Position numbers and translations under genes: made by a program. The notes beneath the pieces were generated by a model. The model was given only the letters and a program-made list of their open reading frames with translations. It was not told the origin of the DNA and made no database searches. Below, piece after piece: positions 52,411-62,241 of a DNA stretch of 64,000 nt. Within the stretch, counting starts at the first letter, position 1. The number at the start of each line of letters is the position of its first letter. Origin of the DNA: Trichormus sp. ATA11-4-KO1 (GTDB lineage Bacteria; Cyanobacteriota; Cyanobacteriia; Cyanobacteriales; Nostocaceae); the NCBI GenBank assembly GCA_019358915.1, contig JAHHIM010000073.1, positions 96,001 through 160,000 on the forward strand, given 5' to 3'.

Positions 52411-53403
52411 GTGTCTACTCCAGCTGCACACGGAAACTTCATTCCTGTTGATTTATCGCCAAAAAAGTACTCAAAAGATCAAGATGTACTGAGTTTAGCT
52501 GAGATTGCTCCTACAGGTAAAATTTGGGACAAACACCGAGCCAATGTTGAGCAAATTGCTTACTATTACGCTACATCTGGGGAGGATAACTTTTTAGAGT
52601 ATGCTTGGCGGATGAGAATGTGTTCCGAGTTGCTGGAATTTCGCTTAGTCCCTGAAGAAACAGAAGGTATTTTCGAGTTAAAACTGTCAAATGCGCGATT
52701 CTGTAGAGTGCGCCATTGTCCGGTTTGTCAGTGGAGGAGAGCGCTCATGTGGAAAGCTAGAGCCTATAAAACTATCCCACAGGTTGTTGCAGATTACCCC
52801 AAGTATCGTTGGCTATTTATCACCCTCACCGTTAAGAATTGTCAAATTAAGCAACTCAGGGAAAGCTTGGATGAGATAAACAAAGCTTTTAAGCGATTGA
52901 CTGAATTAAAAGCCTGGCCTGCAAAGGGATGGATTAAATCGATAGAAGTGACTAAGGGTAAAGACGGAATATCAGCGCACCCTCATCTGCATATTTTGGC
53001 TATGGTACAGCCTTCGTATTTCAGTCATGGCTATATTTCTCATGCTAAGTGGGTGACGTTGTGGCAAAAGTGCTTACGCATAGATTATCAGCCTGTTCTT
53101 CATGTTAGCGCGATCGCCAAGCATCACGACCCCAAGCAGCTAATCCCGGAAATCCTCAAGTATCAGGTGAAAGAGTCAGATTTAGTATCAGGTAAAGAAT
53201 GGTTTCTAGAGTTAACCCGTCAGATGCATCAAACTAGAGCGATCGCTGTTGGAGGTATACTCAGACACTATATGCAAGAATTGGAGGAGGAAGACCAAGA
53301 CCTCGTTGGCGACAAAGAAAAGATAGATGAGGTTGATAAGCGAAGCTTATTTGTCAAATGGGAACGAAAGTTACAGAGATTTAAAATAATGAGTGATACC
53401 TAA
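52411..53403 (+). CDS. rep: Rolling-circle replication initiator (Rep_1 / pC194-like HUH endonuclease)
   Basis: FCRVRHCPVCQWRR, FITLTVKN (motif I), HPHLHIL (HUH), EILKYQVK (catalytic Tyr). Confidence 0.9.
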   Translation: MSTPAAHGNFIPVDLSPKKYSKDQDVLSLAEIAPTGKIWDKHRANVEQIAYYYATSGEDNFLEYAWRMRMCSELLEFRLVPEETEGIFELKLSNARFCRVRHCPVCQWRRALMWKARAYKTIPQVVADYPKYRWLFITLTVKNCQIKQLRESLDEINKAFKRLTELKAWPAKGWIKSIEVTKGKDGISAHPHLHILAMVQPSYFSHGYISHAKWVTLWQKCLRIDYQPVLHVSAIAKHHDPKQLIPEILKYQVKESDLVSGKEWFLELTRQMHQTRAIAVGGILRHYMQELEEEDQDLVGDKEKIDEVDKRSLFVKWERKLQRFKIMSDT

Positions 53404-53476
53404 GACAAGTAGTAAGAGACCAAATCAAGTAATACCAATGCTCTAAATGCATTCAAGAATGTAGAAGCATAGGTAT

Positions 53477-53662
53477 TTATTTCTTAGTGTTTTGATCATT
53501 TTGTCGAGCAGAAGTAACCCAACCGACATAACCACCAAGACTCAGTTTCACAATGTCAGCAAATACTGAACGGTAATCTTTATCGATGTAAGCTAGTCCT
53601 AAAGAACCGCCAATCAGCAAGACAACGATAATAACAAAAGTCAATTCTTTGATTTTTTGCAT
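53477..53662 (-). CDS. Small two-helix membrane protein
   Basis: 61 aa with two hydrophobic segments, convergent on rep. Confidence 0.55.
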   Translation of the reverse strand: MQKIKELTFVIIVVLLIGGSLGLAYIDKDYRSVFADIVKLSLGGYVGWVTSARQNDQNTKK

Positions 53663-53698
53663 GAGAGTAAATAACCATTATGTAACTTCATTCCACAC

Positions 53699-53834
53699 GG
53701 CATAGCCGTTTATTACATGCGACTCAACGAGTGGATAAATCAATTGATTCACTAAAACCTGGCGTAGCCATTCAGATACATGCCACTCAGCGAGTAGACA
53801 AATCAATTGATTCATTACTATTTAGGCGTTAGCC
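53699..53834. repeat. Imperfect ~56-bp direct repeat, two copies plus a partial third
   Basis: Copies start at 53699, 53761 and 53825; the two full copies contain an ACTC-N3-GAGT hairpin and an AATCAATTGATT palindrome. Confidence 0.8.
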
Positions 53835-53857
53835 TCAAAGCCTTTTTAGTAAACAAG

Positions 53858-53894
53858 AAATCCCAAGCAAACAGTAATTAGTTACTTGGGATTT
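53858..53894. terminator. Inverted repeat, probable kdp operon terminator
   Basis: AAATCCCAAG ... CTTGGGATTT about 80 bp past the kdpD stop. Confidence 0.5.
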
Positions 53895-53973
53895 ATGAAT
53901 TACCTTCACTCGAAAGCGAGAAACAGCTTCTATGAAGAATTTATGGATTACATAAGCAATAAAATAATTGTAA

Positions 53974-55095
53974 TTATTTCTTAGTAGAAATGATGTGTAA
54001 ATCTATATTTTTATCTCTAATTAAATCTATGAGTTGTTGAGTAAAAGACCTTTTAAAAAATCTTTTCCATTGCGGCTGCTGGCTTTCACCAATAATAATT
54101 TGAGTGATGTGATAGTCTGCGGCAACTTGAGCAATTTCTTTGGCAATATTTTGGCTTTTGACGTGTAAAAATTCTCCACCAAACTCCTGACATAACTTTT
54201 TGCATGTATCGATATGTAAACTTTCTTCTTTAGTGAGGAATCGTTCAGGATTAGCAACAAAGACAGCATACAGTTGTGCATTCATATAATTGGCAATACG
54301 TGCGCCTCGACGTAACAGTTGCACAGAATCAGGATAAGTAGATACACATACTAAAACTCGTTCGTGAATATTACAATGTTGTCCGACAAAGTTAGAAGTG
54401 TTTGCTTCTTCCTCAACTGTATCTGCTACTTCTCTTAATGCTAGTTCCCTTAAAGCTATGAGATTACGATGCTGAAAGAAGTTTTTCAGGGATTGCTCAA
54501 TTTTCTCAGGGGCGTAAATTTTGCCTTCTCGCAAGCGTTCTTCTAAAGTTTCTGGCGTAACATCAATGACAACAACAGCATCAGCTTCATCTAGTAGATA
54601 ATCAGGAATCCGCTCTCGCACCACGACACCTGTAATTCTGGCTACTAGGTCATTCAAGCTTTCCAAATGTTGAATATTCACAGTGGAATAAACATCAATT
54701 CCGGCTGCTAAAATTACTTCTACGTCCTGATAGCGTTTTTGTCGTTGGGAACCAGGAATGTTGGTATGAGCAAGTTCATCTACTAAAACCAGTTGGGGAG
54801 AGCGCTGCAAAACTGCATCTGTGTCCATTTCTGGAAGATTAATATTTTGGTGAATAAAGGCTTTGCGGGGAACTACCTCTAGTCCAGCAGCTTTCATGGC
54901 TGTTTCTTGGCGTCCATGAGTTTCTAACATACCGATAACCACATCAATTCCGTCTTCTTTAAGTTGATGTGCTTCTTCTAACATTTTGTAAGTTTTACCG
55001 ACTCCGGGAGCCATACCAATAAAAATTTTATGTTTCCCGCGTCTGTGAGGACGAATATAAGAACTATTGGGTAAGGTGTTGTGGGAATGAATCAT
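53974..55095 (-). CDS. kdpD: KdpD N-terminal sensor plus Usp domain (no kinase domain)
   Basis: GMAPGVGKTY, ETHGR, VDELAHTN, NIQHLESLND, ALRELALR; ends after the Usp domain. Confidence 0.92.
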   Translation of the reverse strand: MIHSHNTLPNSSYIRPHRRGKHKIFIGMAPGVGKTYKMLEEAHQLKEDGIDVVIGMLETHGRQETAMKAAGLEVVPRKAFIHQNINLPEMDTDAVLQRSPQLVLVDELAHTNIPGSQRQKRYQDVEVILAAGIDVYSTVNIQHLESLNDLVARITGVVVRERIPDYLLDEADAVVVIDVTPETLEERLREGKIYAPEKIEQSLKNFFQHRNLIALRELALREVADTVEEEANTSNFVGQHCNIHERVLVCVSTYPDSVQLLRRGARIANYMNAQLYAVFVANPERFLTKEESLHIDTCKKLCQEFGGEFLHVKSQNIAKEIAQVAADYHITQIIIGESQQPQWKRFFKRSFTQQLIDLIRDKNIDLHIISTKK

Positions 55096-55661
55096 AAAGC
55101 GTCCAAAGCCAAATTTAGCTTGAGAACATTAACTCCAGGTTCACCGAATATACCCAGAAATCGGCCTTCGATGTTTTGAGATATCAGAGTTTGAATTTGT
55201 TGAGTATTTAGATTGCGGACGTTAGCAATTCGCGATATTTGAGCTTGAGCAGACTCAAGGCTAATGTGTGGATCTAAACCAGAGCCAGAGGTATACACTA
55301 AGTCAGCAGTTGGCTGAATATTGGCTTGTTGCAACCTTGTAACTTCCCCTTGAATACGTTCGCGAAGTGCGGGGTTACTAGGTGCTAGGTTGCTGGCTCC
55401 TGACTCACCTGTGGTAGCGACTGCTTTCCTGGTACTGTAATCAATAGTACTAGGGCGACTCCAGAAATAGCGATCGCTAGCAAAGGGTTGACCAATTAAG
55501 GCTGAACCAATGACTGTGCCTTGATTGTTGGTGATTAAGCTCCCGTTGGCATGAAAGGGAAATGCTATCTGTCCACAAATAAGCATGAATAATGGATAAA
55601 GAAAGGCTGTTAGTATCCACAAAGCTAAGGTGGAACGAATTGCTTGAGTAAATTGGCTCAT
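55092..55661 (-). CDS. kdpC: K+-transporting ATPase subunit C
   Basis: ANGSL, GSALIGQ, YFWSRPS, SGSGLDPHIS, VNVLKLNLALD. Confidence 0.96.
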   Translation of the reverse strand: MSQFTQAIRSTLALWILTAFLYPLFMLICGQIAFPFHANGSLITNNQGTVIGSALIGQPFASDRYFWSRPSTIDYSTRKAVATTGESGASNLAPSNPALRERIQGEVTRLQQANIQPTADLVYTSGSGLDPHISLESAQAQISRIANVRNLNTQQIQTLISQNIEGRFLGIFGEPGVNVLKLNLALDAL

Positions 55662-55849
55662 GAAAATTTCTCCGGTTGAAAAATCACAACAAATAAATAA
55701 ATGCTGACGCTGAAAGTTGTGAGTCCTAAAAGAGCAATGGCGTAAGATGCAGCGCGTGATATTTCGTCAGGTGTGGCTGCGTATACGGCTTGTGCTAACA
55801 ACACGTTTACGCAAAGTATGAAAAAGAGAAATAGAGATAAATTTTTCAT
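55658..55849 (-). CDS. kdpG: Small Kdp subunit (KdpF-like; cyanobacterial KdpG position)
   Basis: C-terminal IYLFVVIFQPEKF is the KdpF motif; extra N-terminal hydrophobic helix; lies between kdpB and kdpC. Confidence 0.75.
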   Translation of the reverse strand: MKNLSLFLFFILCVNVLLAQAVYAATPDEISRAASYAIALLGLTTFSVSIYLFVVIFQPEKFS

Positions 55850-55881
55850 GATGGAAATGCAAAGGGGCGCAAAGTATTTGA

Positions 55882-57951
55882 CTAAGCTAGCCCTATAGTT
55901 GTAATTAAAACGTCAATGATTTTAATGGCAATAAAAGGAGTAATTACACCTCCAAATCCATAGATAAAAATGTTGCGTTGTAGGAGTTGGTCTGCGGTTA
56001 GTGGACGAAATTTTACACCAGTTAGTGCTAGGGGAATGAGTGCAGGAATGATTAAGGCGTTGTAAATTAAGGCTGATAAAACGGCAGATTGGATACTAGT
56101 TAAACCCATAATATTCAGAGCGCCAACACCAATTCCGGCGAAGATAGCTGGGAGAATGGCAAAGTATTTAGCGATGTCGTTGGCAATAGAAAAAGTTGTC
56201 AGTGCACCACGGGTAATTAGTAATTGCTTACCAATGGTAACGATATCAATTAACTTGGTGGGGTCGGAATCTAGGTCTACCATGTTAGCAGCTTCTTTGG
56301 CTGCTTGAGTACCTGTATTCATTGCCACACCTACATTTGCTTGAGCTAAGGCTGGGGCATCGTTGGTGCCATCTCCTGTCATGGCGACGAGCTTGCCTTG
56401 GGCTTGTTCAGTTTGAATGACTGCTATTTTGTCTTCAGGTGTGGCCTCAGCAATAAAGTCATCAACTCCGGCTTCTTGGGCAATTACAGATGCTGTAATA
56501 CGGTTATCTCCTGTCAGCATGATGGTTTTAATTCCCATGCGTCGCATTTGGTCAAACCGTTCGCGAATTCCTGGTTTAATGATGTCTTTAAGATAAATTA
56601 CAGCGTATATCTCATTGTTTTTACAGAGTGCTAATGGAGTACCACCTAATCGAGAAATTCGTTCAAAAGTGATATCAAGTTCCGGCGTTAATTTTCCTTG
56701 GCGAGAACGGACAAATCCTTTAATGGCATCTACTGCACCTTTACGAATTTCCACCCCATTAGATAAGTCAGTCCCACTCATCCGAGTTTTGGCAGAAAAT
56801 TCAATACCTTCTGCTTGTTTAGTATCAAAATCTAATTTTGCGCCTAATTGCTCTGCGAGCTTGACAATTGATTTGCCTTCTGGTGTTTCGTCAAACACAC
56901 TCGATGCTAGGGCAACTTGCGCGACATCTGCCATTGCATGACCGTTGACGGGAATAAATTCTTCTGCCAAGCGGTTTCCTAAGGTAATCGTACCTGTTTT
57001 ATCTAAGATGAGGGTGTTGATATCCCCACAAGCTTCCACCGCCCGTCCAGAAGTAGCAATGACATTAAACTGAGCAACTCTATCCATCCCGGCAATGCCA
57101 ATAGCGCTTAATAATCCGCCGATGGTGGTGGGAATTAGTGCTACGAGTAAGGCGATGAGTACGGTGATACTGAGAGGTGAGTTGACATAGACTGACACTG
57201 TAGGTAGTGTGGCAATCACAACCAAAAATACCTGGGTGAGAACTGCCAGCAAAACTGTCAAGGCAATTTCATTGGGTGTTTTGCTGCGGTCAGCGCCTTC
57301 TACTAAACCAATCATCCGGTCAAGAAAGCCTTGTCCAGGGTCGTTAGTTACTCGAATGATGAGTTCGTCGGAAACAATACGCGTTCCTCCGGTGACTGAA
57401 CTAGCAATATCTGAACCTGGTTCTTTTAAGACTGGTGCTGATTCACCTGTAATTGCCGATTCATCAACAGAGGCCACACCTTTAATTACTTCTCCATCAG
57501 CAGGGATGATATCACCAGCAGTTACTTTGATTGTGTCACCGCGACGTAAGGCTGTGGAACTTACTTCTTGAAAAGAACCATCGGGGAGAATTTTTTTGGC
57601 TTTGGCATCGGATTTTGCAGACCGCAAGGCATCTGCTTGAGCTTTTCCTCGTCCTTCGGCTACGGCTTCGGCAAAGTTGGCAAAGAGAACGGTTGAGAAC
57701 AAAATCAGGGTGATAAGTCCATTGAATAATCGCGGGTTTTCCCCTGGTGTGGGGCCGAATAAGTTTGGTGCAATTGTCATCAGTGCGGTGATGATTGTAC
57801 CTAACCAGACTACGAACATGACTGGATTTTTAATCATGTTACGTGGGTGTAGTTTGATAAATGCTTGTTTAAATGCTTTGGTGTAAAGTTGTGTTTTTTG
57901 GACTTGGGGTTTATGTTTGCGTTTTTTTCGCTGTTTTATGGTTGTTTGCAT
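55882..57951 (-). CDS. kdpB: K+-transporting ATPase subunit B
   Basis: [18 protein letters not shown] phosphorylation site, [11 protein letters not shown]. Confidence 0.97.
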   Translation of the reverse strand: MQTTIKQRKKRKHKPQVQKTQLYTKAFKQAFIKLHPRNMIKNPVMFVVWLGTIITALMTIAPNLFGPTPGENPRLFNGLITLILFSTVLFANFAEAVAEGRGKAQADALRSAKSDAKAKKILPDGSFQEVSSTALRRGDTIKVTAGDIIPADGEVIKGVASVDESAITGESAPVLKEPGSDIASSVTGGTRIVSDELIIRVTNDPGQGFLDRMIGLVEGADRSKTPNEIALTVLLAVLTQVFLVVIATLPTVSVYVNSPLSITVLIALLVALIPTTIGGLLSAIGIAGMDRVAQFNVIATSGRAVEACGDINTLILDKTGTITLGNRLAEEFIPVNGHAMADVAQVALASSVFDETPEGKSIVKLAEQLGAKLDFDTKQAEGIEFSAKTRMSGTDLSNGVEIRKGAVDAIKGFVRSRQGKLTPELDITFERISRLGGTPLALCKNNEIYAVIYLKDIIKPGIRERFDQMRRMGIKTIMLTGDNRITASVIAQEAGVDDFIAEATPEDKIAVIQTEQAQGKLVAMTGDGTNDAPALAQANVGVAMNTGTQAAKEAANMVDLDSDPTKLIDIVTIGKQLLITRGALTTFSIANDIAKYFAILPAIFAGIGVGALNIMGLTSIQSAVLSALIYNALIIPALIPLALTGVKFRPLTADQLLQRNIFIYGFGGVITPFIAIKIIDVLITTIGLA

Positions 57952-58024
57952 TTGTGGGTAAATGAATTAGATTTTTTGATCTCACGCAGAGACGCAGAGG
58001 CGCAAAGAAGAGAGGAATGAGGTT

Positions 58025-59710
58025 TTACCCTCCTCTGGCTAATTGAAATGCTTCTGCTATAGGGCCTAATACTAGTGCGGGGAGGAAAGTGAGGGCACCA
58101 AGGATTAAAATTACGCTGCTTGTAACTCCTGTGAAGAGTCTGGTGTCGGTTCTCAGGGTGCCGGTGGTGATGGGTACTGGTTGTTTGCGAGACATGCTAT
58201 CTGCTAAAAGTAGCAGTGCCATGATGGGGATGTAACGTCCTGCTAAAATGCTGAGACTGGTGCTGAGGTTCCACCACAGGGTGTTATCGTTTAGTCCTTC
58301 AAAACCCGAACCGTTGTTAGCTGCGGCGGAAGCGTATTCGTAAATTACTTGAGAAACGCCATGAAAACCTGGATTGGTAATACCTGAGAGGTTATCAGGA
58401 AAACCAAATGTAATCGCCCAGGGAATGAGAATGGCAAAGGGGTGAACTAATAAGACGACGCTGGCTAAAACGATTTCTTTTTTCTCGATTTTGCGTCCTA
58501 AAAATTCTGGTGTTCTTCCTACCATTAACCCAGTCAGGAATACTGCCAAAATTAAGTAGATAAATAAGTAAGCGGTGCCGATTCCCTGACCTCCCCAAAT
58601 GATTTGTAAGAACATATTAAACAGCGTGGCAAATCCGCCAGGAGGCATTAAGGAATCATGCATTCCATTGACAGCACCGCACATTGTCGCTGTGGTCATA
58701 ACTGCCCAAAGTGCTGTTTGTGCCCAACCAAATCGCACTTCTTTTCCTTCTAAGTTGGGTTGCTGTTCTCCTAAGAGGGGATTAATTAAGGGGTTGCCTT
58801 GAAACTCGCCTACGGCGGCAATACCTACCAAAAAGACAAAAATTAAAAACACCATCCAAAACACTAACCATGCTTGCTTACGGTTATTAGTAAACACACC
58901 ATAGGTATAAATTAGTGATGCGGGGATGGCAATCATCATGCAAGTTTCTAACAAGTTAGAAAAGCCATTGGGATTTTCCAAGGGATGCGCTGAGTTGACA
59001 CCAAAGAAGCCACCACCGTTTTCTCCCAGTTCTTTGATAATTTCGTAGTGGGCGACTGGGCCACGGGCAATTACTTGAGTTGCCCCCTCAAGAGTGGTTA
59101 CTGTTGCTGGCCCTGCTAAGGTTTCTGGTACACCCGCTAATAGTAATAACAATCCGCCAACTATTGATATCGGCAATAAAATCCGGGTGATTGACTTGAT
59201 GAGGTCAGTGTAAAAGTTGCCTAATAGTCTGCCGGTTACACCACGAATAAAAGCTATGCCTACTGCTAAACCAGTTGCGGCTGAGGTAAACATTAAAAAA
59301 CCCAGGGCGAAGATTTTACTGGCATAACTCAAGGTTATTTCACCAGAGTAATGCTGTTGGTTGGTGTTAGTGACAAAAGAAATAACAGTATGCAGTCCTA
59401 AATCCCAATTAGGCGCATCCAATCCTGTGGGATTTAGTGGCAACCATCCTTGGAACATCAAGATTAAGTACACCAAAATTCCCATGATAAGATTGCTATA
59501 TAGCAATGCTTTGGCATATTGCCAGCCTGTCATATTTTCCTGGTATTGCACCCCACTAAAGATATAAATTACTCTTTCTAAAGGATTAAGTAGCGGATCA
59601 AATAGTGTTGGTTCTCCCATGAAAACACGTGCTATATATTTCCCTAGGAAGGGAGTTGTGGCGATGACTATCAGTAAAGTCAAAGCAATCTGTATCCATC
59701 CTTGTAACAT
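58025..59710 (-). CDS. kdpA: K+-transporting ATPase subunit A
   Basis: [33 protein letters not shown] filter motifs. Confidence 0.97.
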   Translation of the reverse strand: MLQGWIQIALTLLIVIATTPFLGKYIARVFMGEPTLFDPLLNPLERVIYIFSGVQYQENMTGWQYAKALLYSNLIMGILVYLILMFQGWLPLNPTGLDAPNWDLGLHTVISFVTNTNQQHYSGEITLSYASKIFALGFLMFTSAATGLAVGIAFIRGVTGRLLGNFYTDLIKSITRILLPISIVGGLLLLLAGVPETLAGPATVTTLEGATQVIARGPVAHYEIIKELGENGGGFFGVNSAHPLENPNGFSNLLETCMMIAIPASLIYTYGVFTNNRKQAWLVFWMVFLIFVFLVGIAAVGEFQGNPLINPLLGEQQPNLEGKEVRFGWAQTALWAVMTTATMCGAVNGMHDSLMPPGGFATLFNMFLQIIWGGQGIGTAYLFIYLILAVFLTGLMVGRTPEFLGRKIEKKEIVLASVVLLVHPFAILIPWAITFGFPDNLSGITNPGFHGVSQVIYEYASAAANNGSGFEGLNDNTLWWNLSTSLSILAGRYIPIMALLLLADSMSRKQPVPITTGTLRTDTRLFTGVTSSVILILGALTFLPALVLGPIAEAFQLARGG

Positions 59711-59733
59711 GAATTAAAAAATCTCCCGACAGA

Positions 59734-60012
59734 TTATTTTGAATTGTTAATTAAACATTCTTGGGATGAGTAGTGAACCGGATGAGTTTTATGAATGACA
59801 AGTTTTAGCATAGGTACTAAACTGGCACTTAAAGCAACAGTCAAGATGACATCTCCATACCAAATAGTAGGTTCAGTACTTGCTAGGATAACTTGGTTAT
59901 CTCTAATCAGACCTATGACAAAGCATTTTTCTGGCAACTTTAAGCTATTTAAAGGAATGCCACAATAACAGCTATTACTTGTAATGTTTGCACTTATTAA
60001 ACTTGATGCCAT
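59734..60012 (-). CDS. Small TrkA-C/RCK-C-like protein upstream of kdpA
   Basis: S.YCGIPLNSLKLPEKCFVIGLIRDNQVI....PTIWYGDVI resembles an RCK_C fold. Confidence 0.55.
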   Translation of the reverse strand: MASSLISANITSNSCYCGIPLNSLKLPEKCFVIGLIRDNQVILASTEPTIWYGDVILTVALSASLVPMLKLVIHKTHPVHYSSQECLINNSK

Positions 60013-60328
60013 AGCAGCATTTATGTAATTTATAAAAAAAACAAAATTTGTTTGATAAACTGTAATAATTCATATGATTGATGAATTTTTTAATTAAAAC
60101 AAGTAATAGAAGGATATAAAACCGAGTTTATTTTTCTATATCCATATATAGAAAAGTGTTTAGAGTGTTTAGAAAGTTGTTTATTTTGAGATAAACGCTG
60201 TAAAGAATTACATGCAGACAAAAAACAACATAAAATAATTTATATGGGTTTCTTGTATTTTTTCGAGTAATTTAGCACTCAATATAAAATAAAAACTGGA
60301 TATTTAGTTAATAATAGTTATTCTTTGA

Positions 60329-61432
60329 ATGGGACATTTCATAGCTCAATATTTTCATAAAGAATCACATTTAGGCAAACATTTAATTATTGCTAGCTTA
60401 TATATATTTGTGATAGTTCTAGAGTTTTCTACGCCAATTCCCTACGTTTTTGGGTATCTCTACACAGGCCCGATTTTATTAACAAATTCCTGGTTGGGAA
60501 GGCGTGCGACTTTTCAAGCTACCCTTGCGGCTGTGTGTTTAACTATGTTGAATCTTGTCGTCCCAGGAGGTGAGGTGATGAAGACCTCGACAATTGCTAG
60601 TAGAGCGATCGCGGTGATGGCATTGATTGTCACAGGTGGATTGAGCGATCGCCTGCGTCGTTCTGAAGATGCGATCGCCTTAACTCGTGCCAAGTTAGAA
60701 GCACAAGAGGAATTAGTCAAAGTCCGAGAAGATTTTGCCTCCACACTCACCCACGATTTGAAAACGCCGTTATTAGGAGCAATTGAAACTCTCAAAGCTT
60801 TTGAAGCCGAAAAATTTGGCCCTGTATTGCCAGCACAACAAAAAGTTTTAGCTACAATGGCGCGTAGTCATCAAACTTCACTACAATTGTTACAAACATT
60901 ATTAGATATTTATCGTAATGATACTGAAGGCTTAGAACTGAACTTAGCACCTGTAGATTTAGCTATCTTGGCAGAGGAAGCAGCAGCTACCCTGAGTGAG
61001 TTAGCGGCTAGCCGACGCGTTTATCTGTCACTTAACTATGGTAACTCTGATTGGCGGCAATCTTTGTGGGTGAAAGGTGATGCCTTACAACTGCAACGAG
61101 TCTTGATCAATCTTCTCGTAAATGCGATCAATCATTCCCGACGCAATGGCCGTGTAGAAGTTGTGTTAGAGTCGCAACCTTCCTATCAGGTTGTGAAAAT
61201 TTTGGATGCAGGTGCAGGTATCCAGCCAGAAGAATTTTCCCATTTATTTGAGCGCTTCTATCAGGGACACAGCCAACGCCAAACCAAAGGCTCAGGATTG
61301 GGACTTTATTTATCTCGCCAAATTATTGCAGCCCACGGCGGTATAATCTGGGCAGAGAACAGAATACCCATGGGAGCTATGTTTGCTTTCAAGCTCCCAG
61401 TCTACCCGTTTCATTCCTCTCTAACTGCGTGA
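60329..61432 (+). CDS. Membrane sensor histidine kinase, probable Kdp-associated
   Basis: Short 4-TM N-terminus, THDLKTPL H-box, NLLVNAINH, GSGLGL; divergent from kdpA. Confidence 0.88.
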   Translation: MGHFIAQYFHKESHLGKHLIIASLYIFVIVLEFSTPIPYVFGYLYTGPILLTNSWLGRRATFQATLAAVCLTMLNLVVPGGEVMKTSTIASRAIAVMALIVTGGLSDRLRRSEDAIALTRAKLEAQEELVKVREDFASTLTHDLKTPLLGAIETLKAFEAEKFGPVLPAQQKVLATMARSHQTSLQLLQTLLDIYRNDTEGLELNLAPVDLAILAEEAAATLSELAASRRVYLSLNYGNSDWRQSLWVKGDALQLQRVLINLLVNAINHSRRNGRVEVVLESQPSYQVVKILDAGAGIQPEEFSHLFERFYQGHSQRQTKGSGLGLYLSRQIIAAHGGIIWAENRIPMGAMFAFKLPVYPFHSSLTA

Positions 61433-61433
61433 G

Positions 61434-62087
61434 ATGCTGTCTACCTCTATGAAAATTCTCTTAGTTGAGGATGATGAACTCTTTCGTTTAGGCTTGCGTG
61501 TGCGATTGCAAGAAGAGAGTGGGTTAGAGATTGTTGCTGAGGCTGAAGATGGTGAAACAGCGATTGAGTTAGTCAACCAACATCCCTTAGATGTAGTGCT
61601 GCTAGATGTGGGATTGCCAGGGATTGGCGGACTGGAAGCTTGTAAACAAATTAAGCAACAAAATCCTCATTTGCCAATTTTAGTTTTAACTTCCCACTCC
61701 CAAAAAACTTTGATTGCGCGGTTGATTGCAGCAGGCGCGCAAGGTTATTGCCTCAAAGGAATTGCTGCGGAAAAATTAGTATTAGCACTGCGTTCTGTGG
61801 CTGCGGGAGCATCTTGGTGGGATGAAACAGCAACACAAGAAATTCGGTCTACTTTTGCCTCTGAGCCGCATTCAGCAAATATCTCCAAACCTGCAAATCC
61901 TCTGACTCAGCGTGAACAAGAAATTTTATCGCTGTTAGCAGCCGGAAAAACTAATCAAGAAATTGCCCTAGCACTTTACATTACCCCTGGTACTGTGAGG
62001 GTGCATGTCCATGCCATTTTACACAAATTAGCAGTGAGCGATCGCGCTCAGGCTGTGGTTGTGGCTTTACAAAAACGTCTGATCTGA
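61434..62087 (+). CDS. NarL/LuxR-family response regulator
   Basis: LLVEDD, LLDVGLP, LTQREQEIL...NQEIA...TVRVHV..IL.KL HTH. Confidence 0.92.
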   Translation: MLSTSMKILLVEDDELFRLGLRVRLQEESGLEIVAEAEDGETAIELVNQHPLDVVLLDVGLPGIGGLEACKQIKQQNPHLPILVLTSHSQKTLIARLIAAGAQGYCLKGIAAEKLVLALRSVAAGASWWDETATQEIRSTFASEPHSANISKPANPLTQREQEILSLLAAGKTNQEIALALYITPGTVRVHVHAILHKLAVSDRAQAVVVALQKRLI

Positions 62088-62241
62088 TTTGCGTTTATGC
62101 AGTCGCCTGGGTGGAGTTAACCCGGACGCAGCACTATTTCACCTTGTCCCCTTAACATTTTCCACTTCCCCATTTTTTGGCATAAATTTAGTAAATGCGG
62201 GTGATATGTGTACAGCAGCATTGATTAATGGGGATTGAATT

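Noticed and set aside
53699..53834. Possible CRISPR mini-array
   Set aside because: Units are ~56 bp, diverged, separated by only 6-7 bp, with no unique spacers and no cas genes in the window.
52238..62218. GTGTATAGCAG (52238) and GTGTACAGCAG (62208) as attachment sites of the 10-kb block
   Set aside because: Only 10 of 11 bp match, no integrase or tRNA; compatible with chance.
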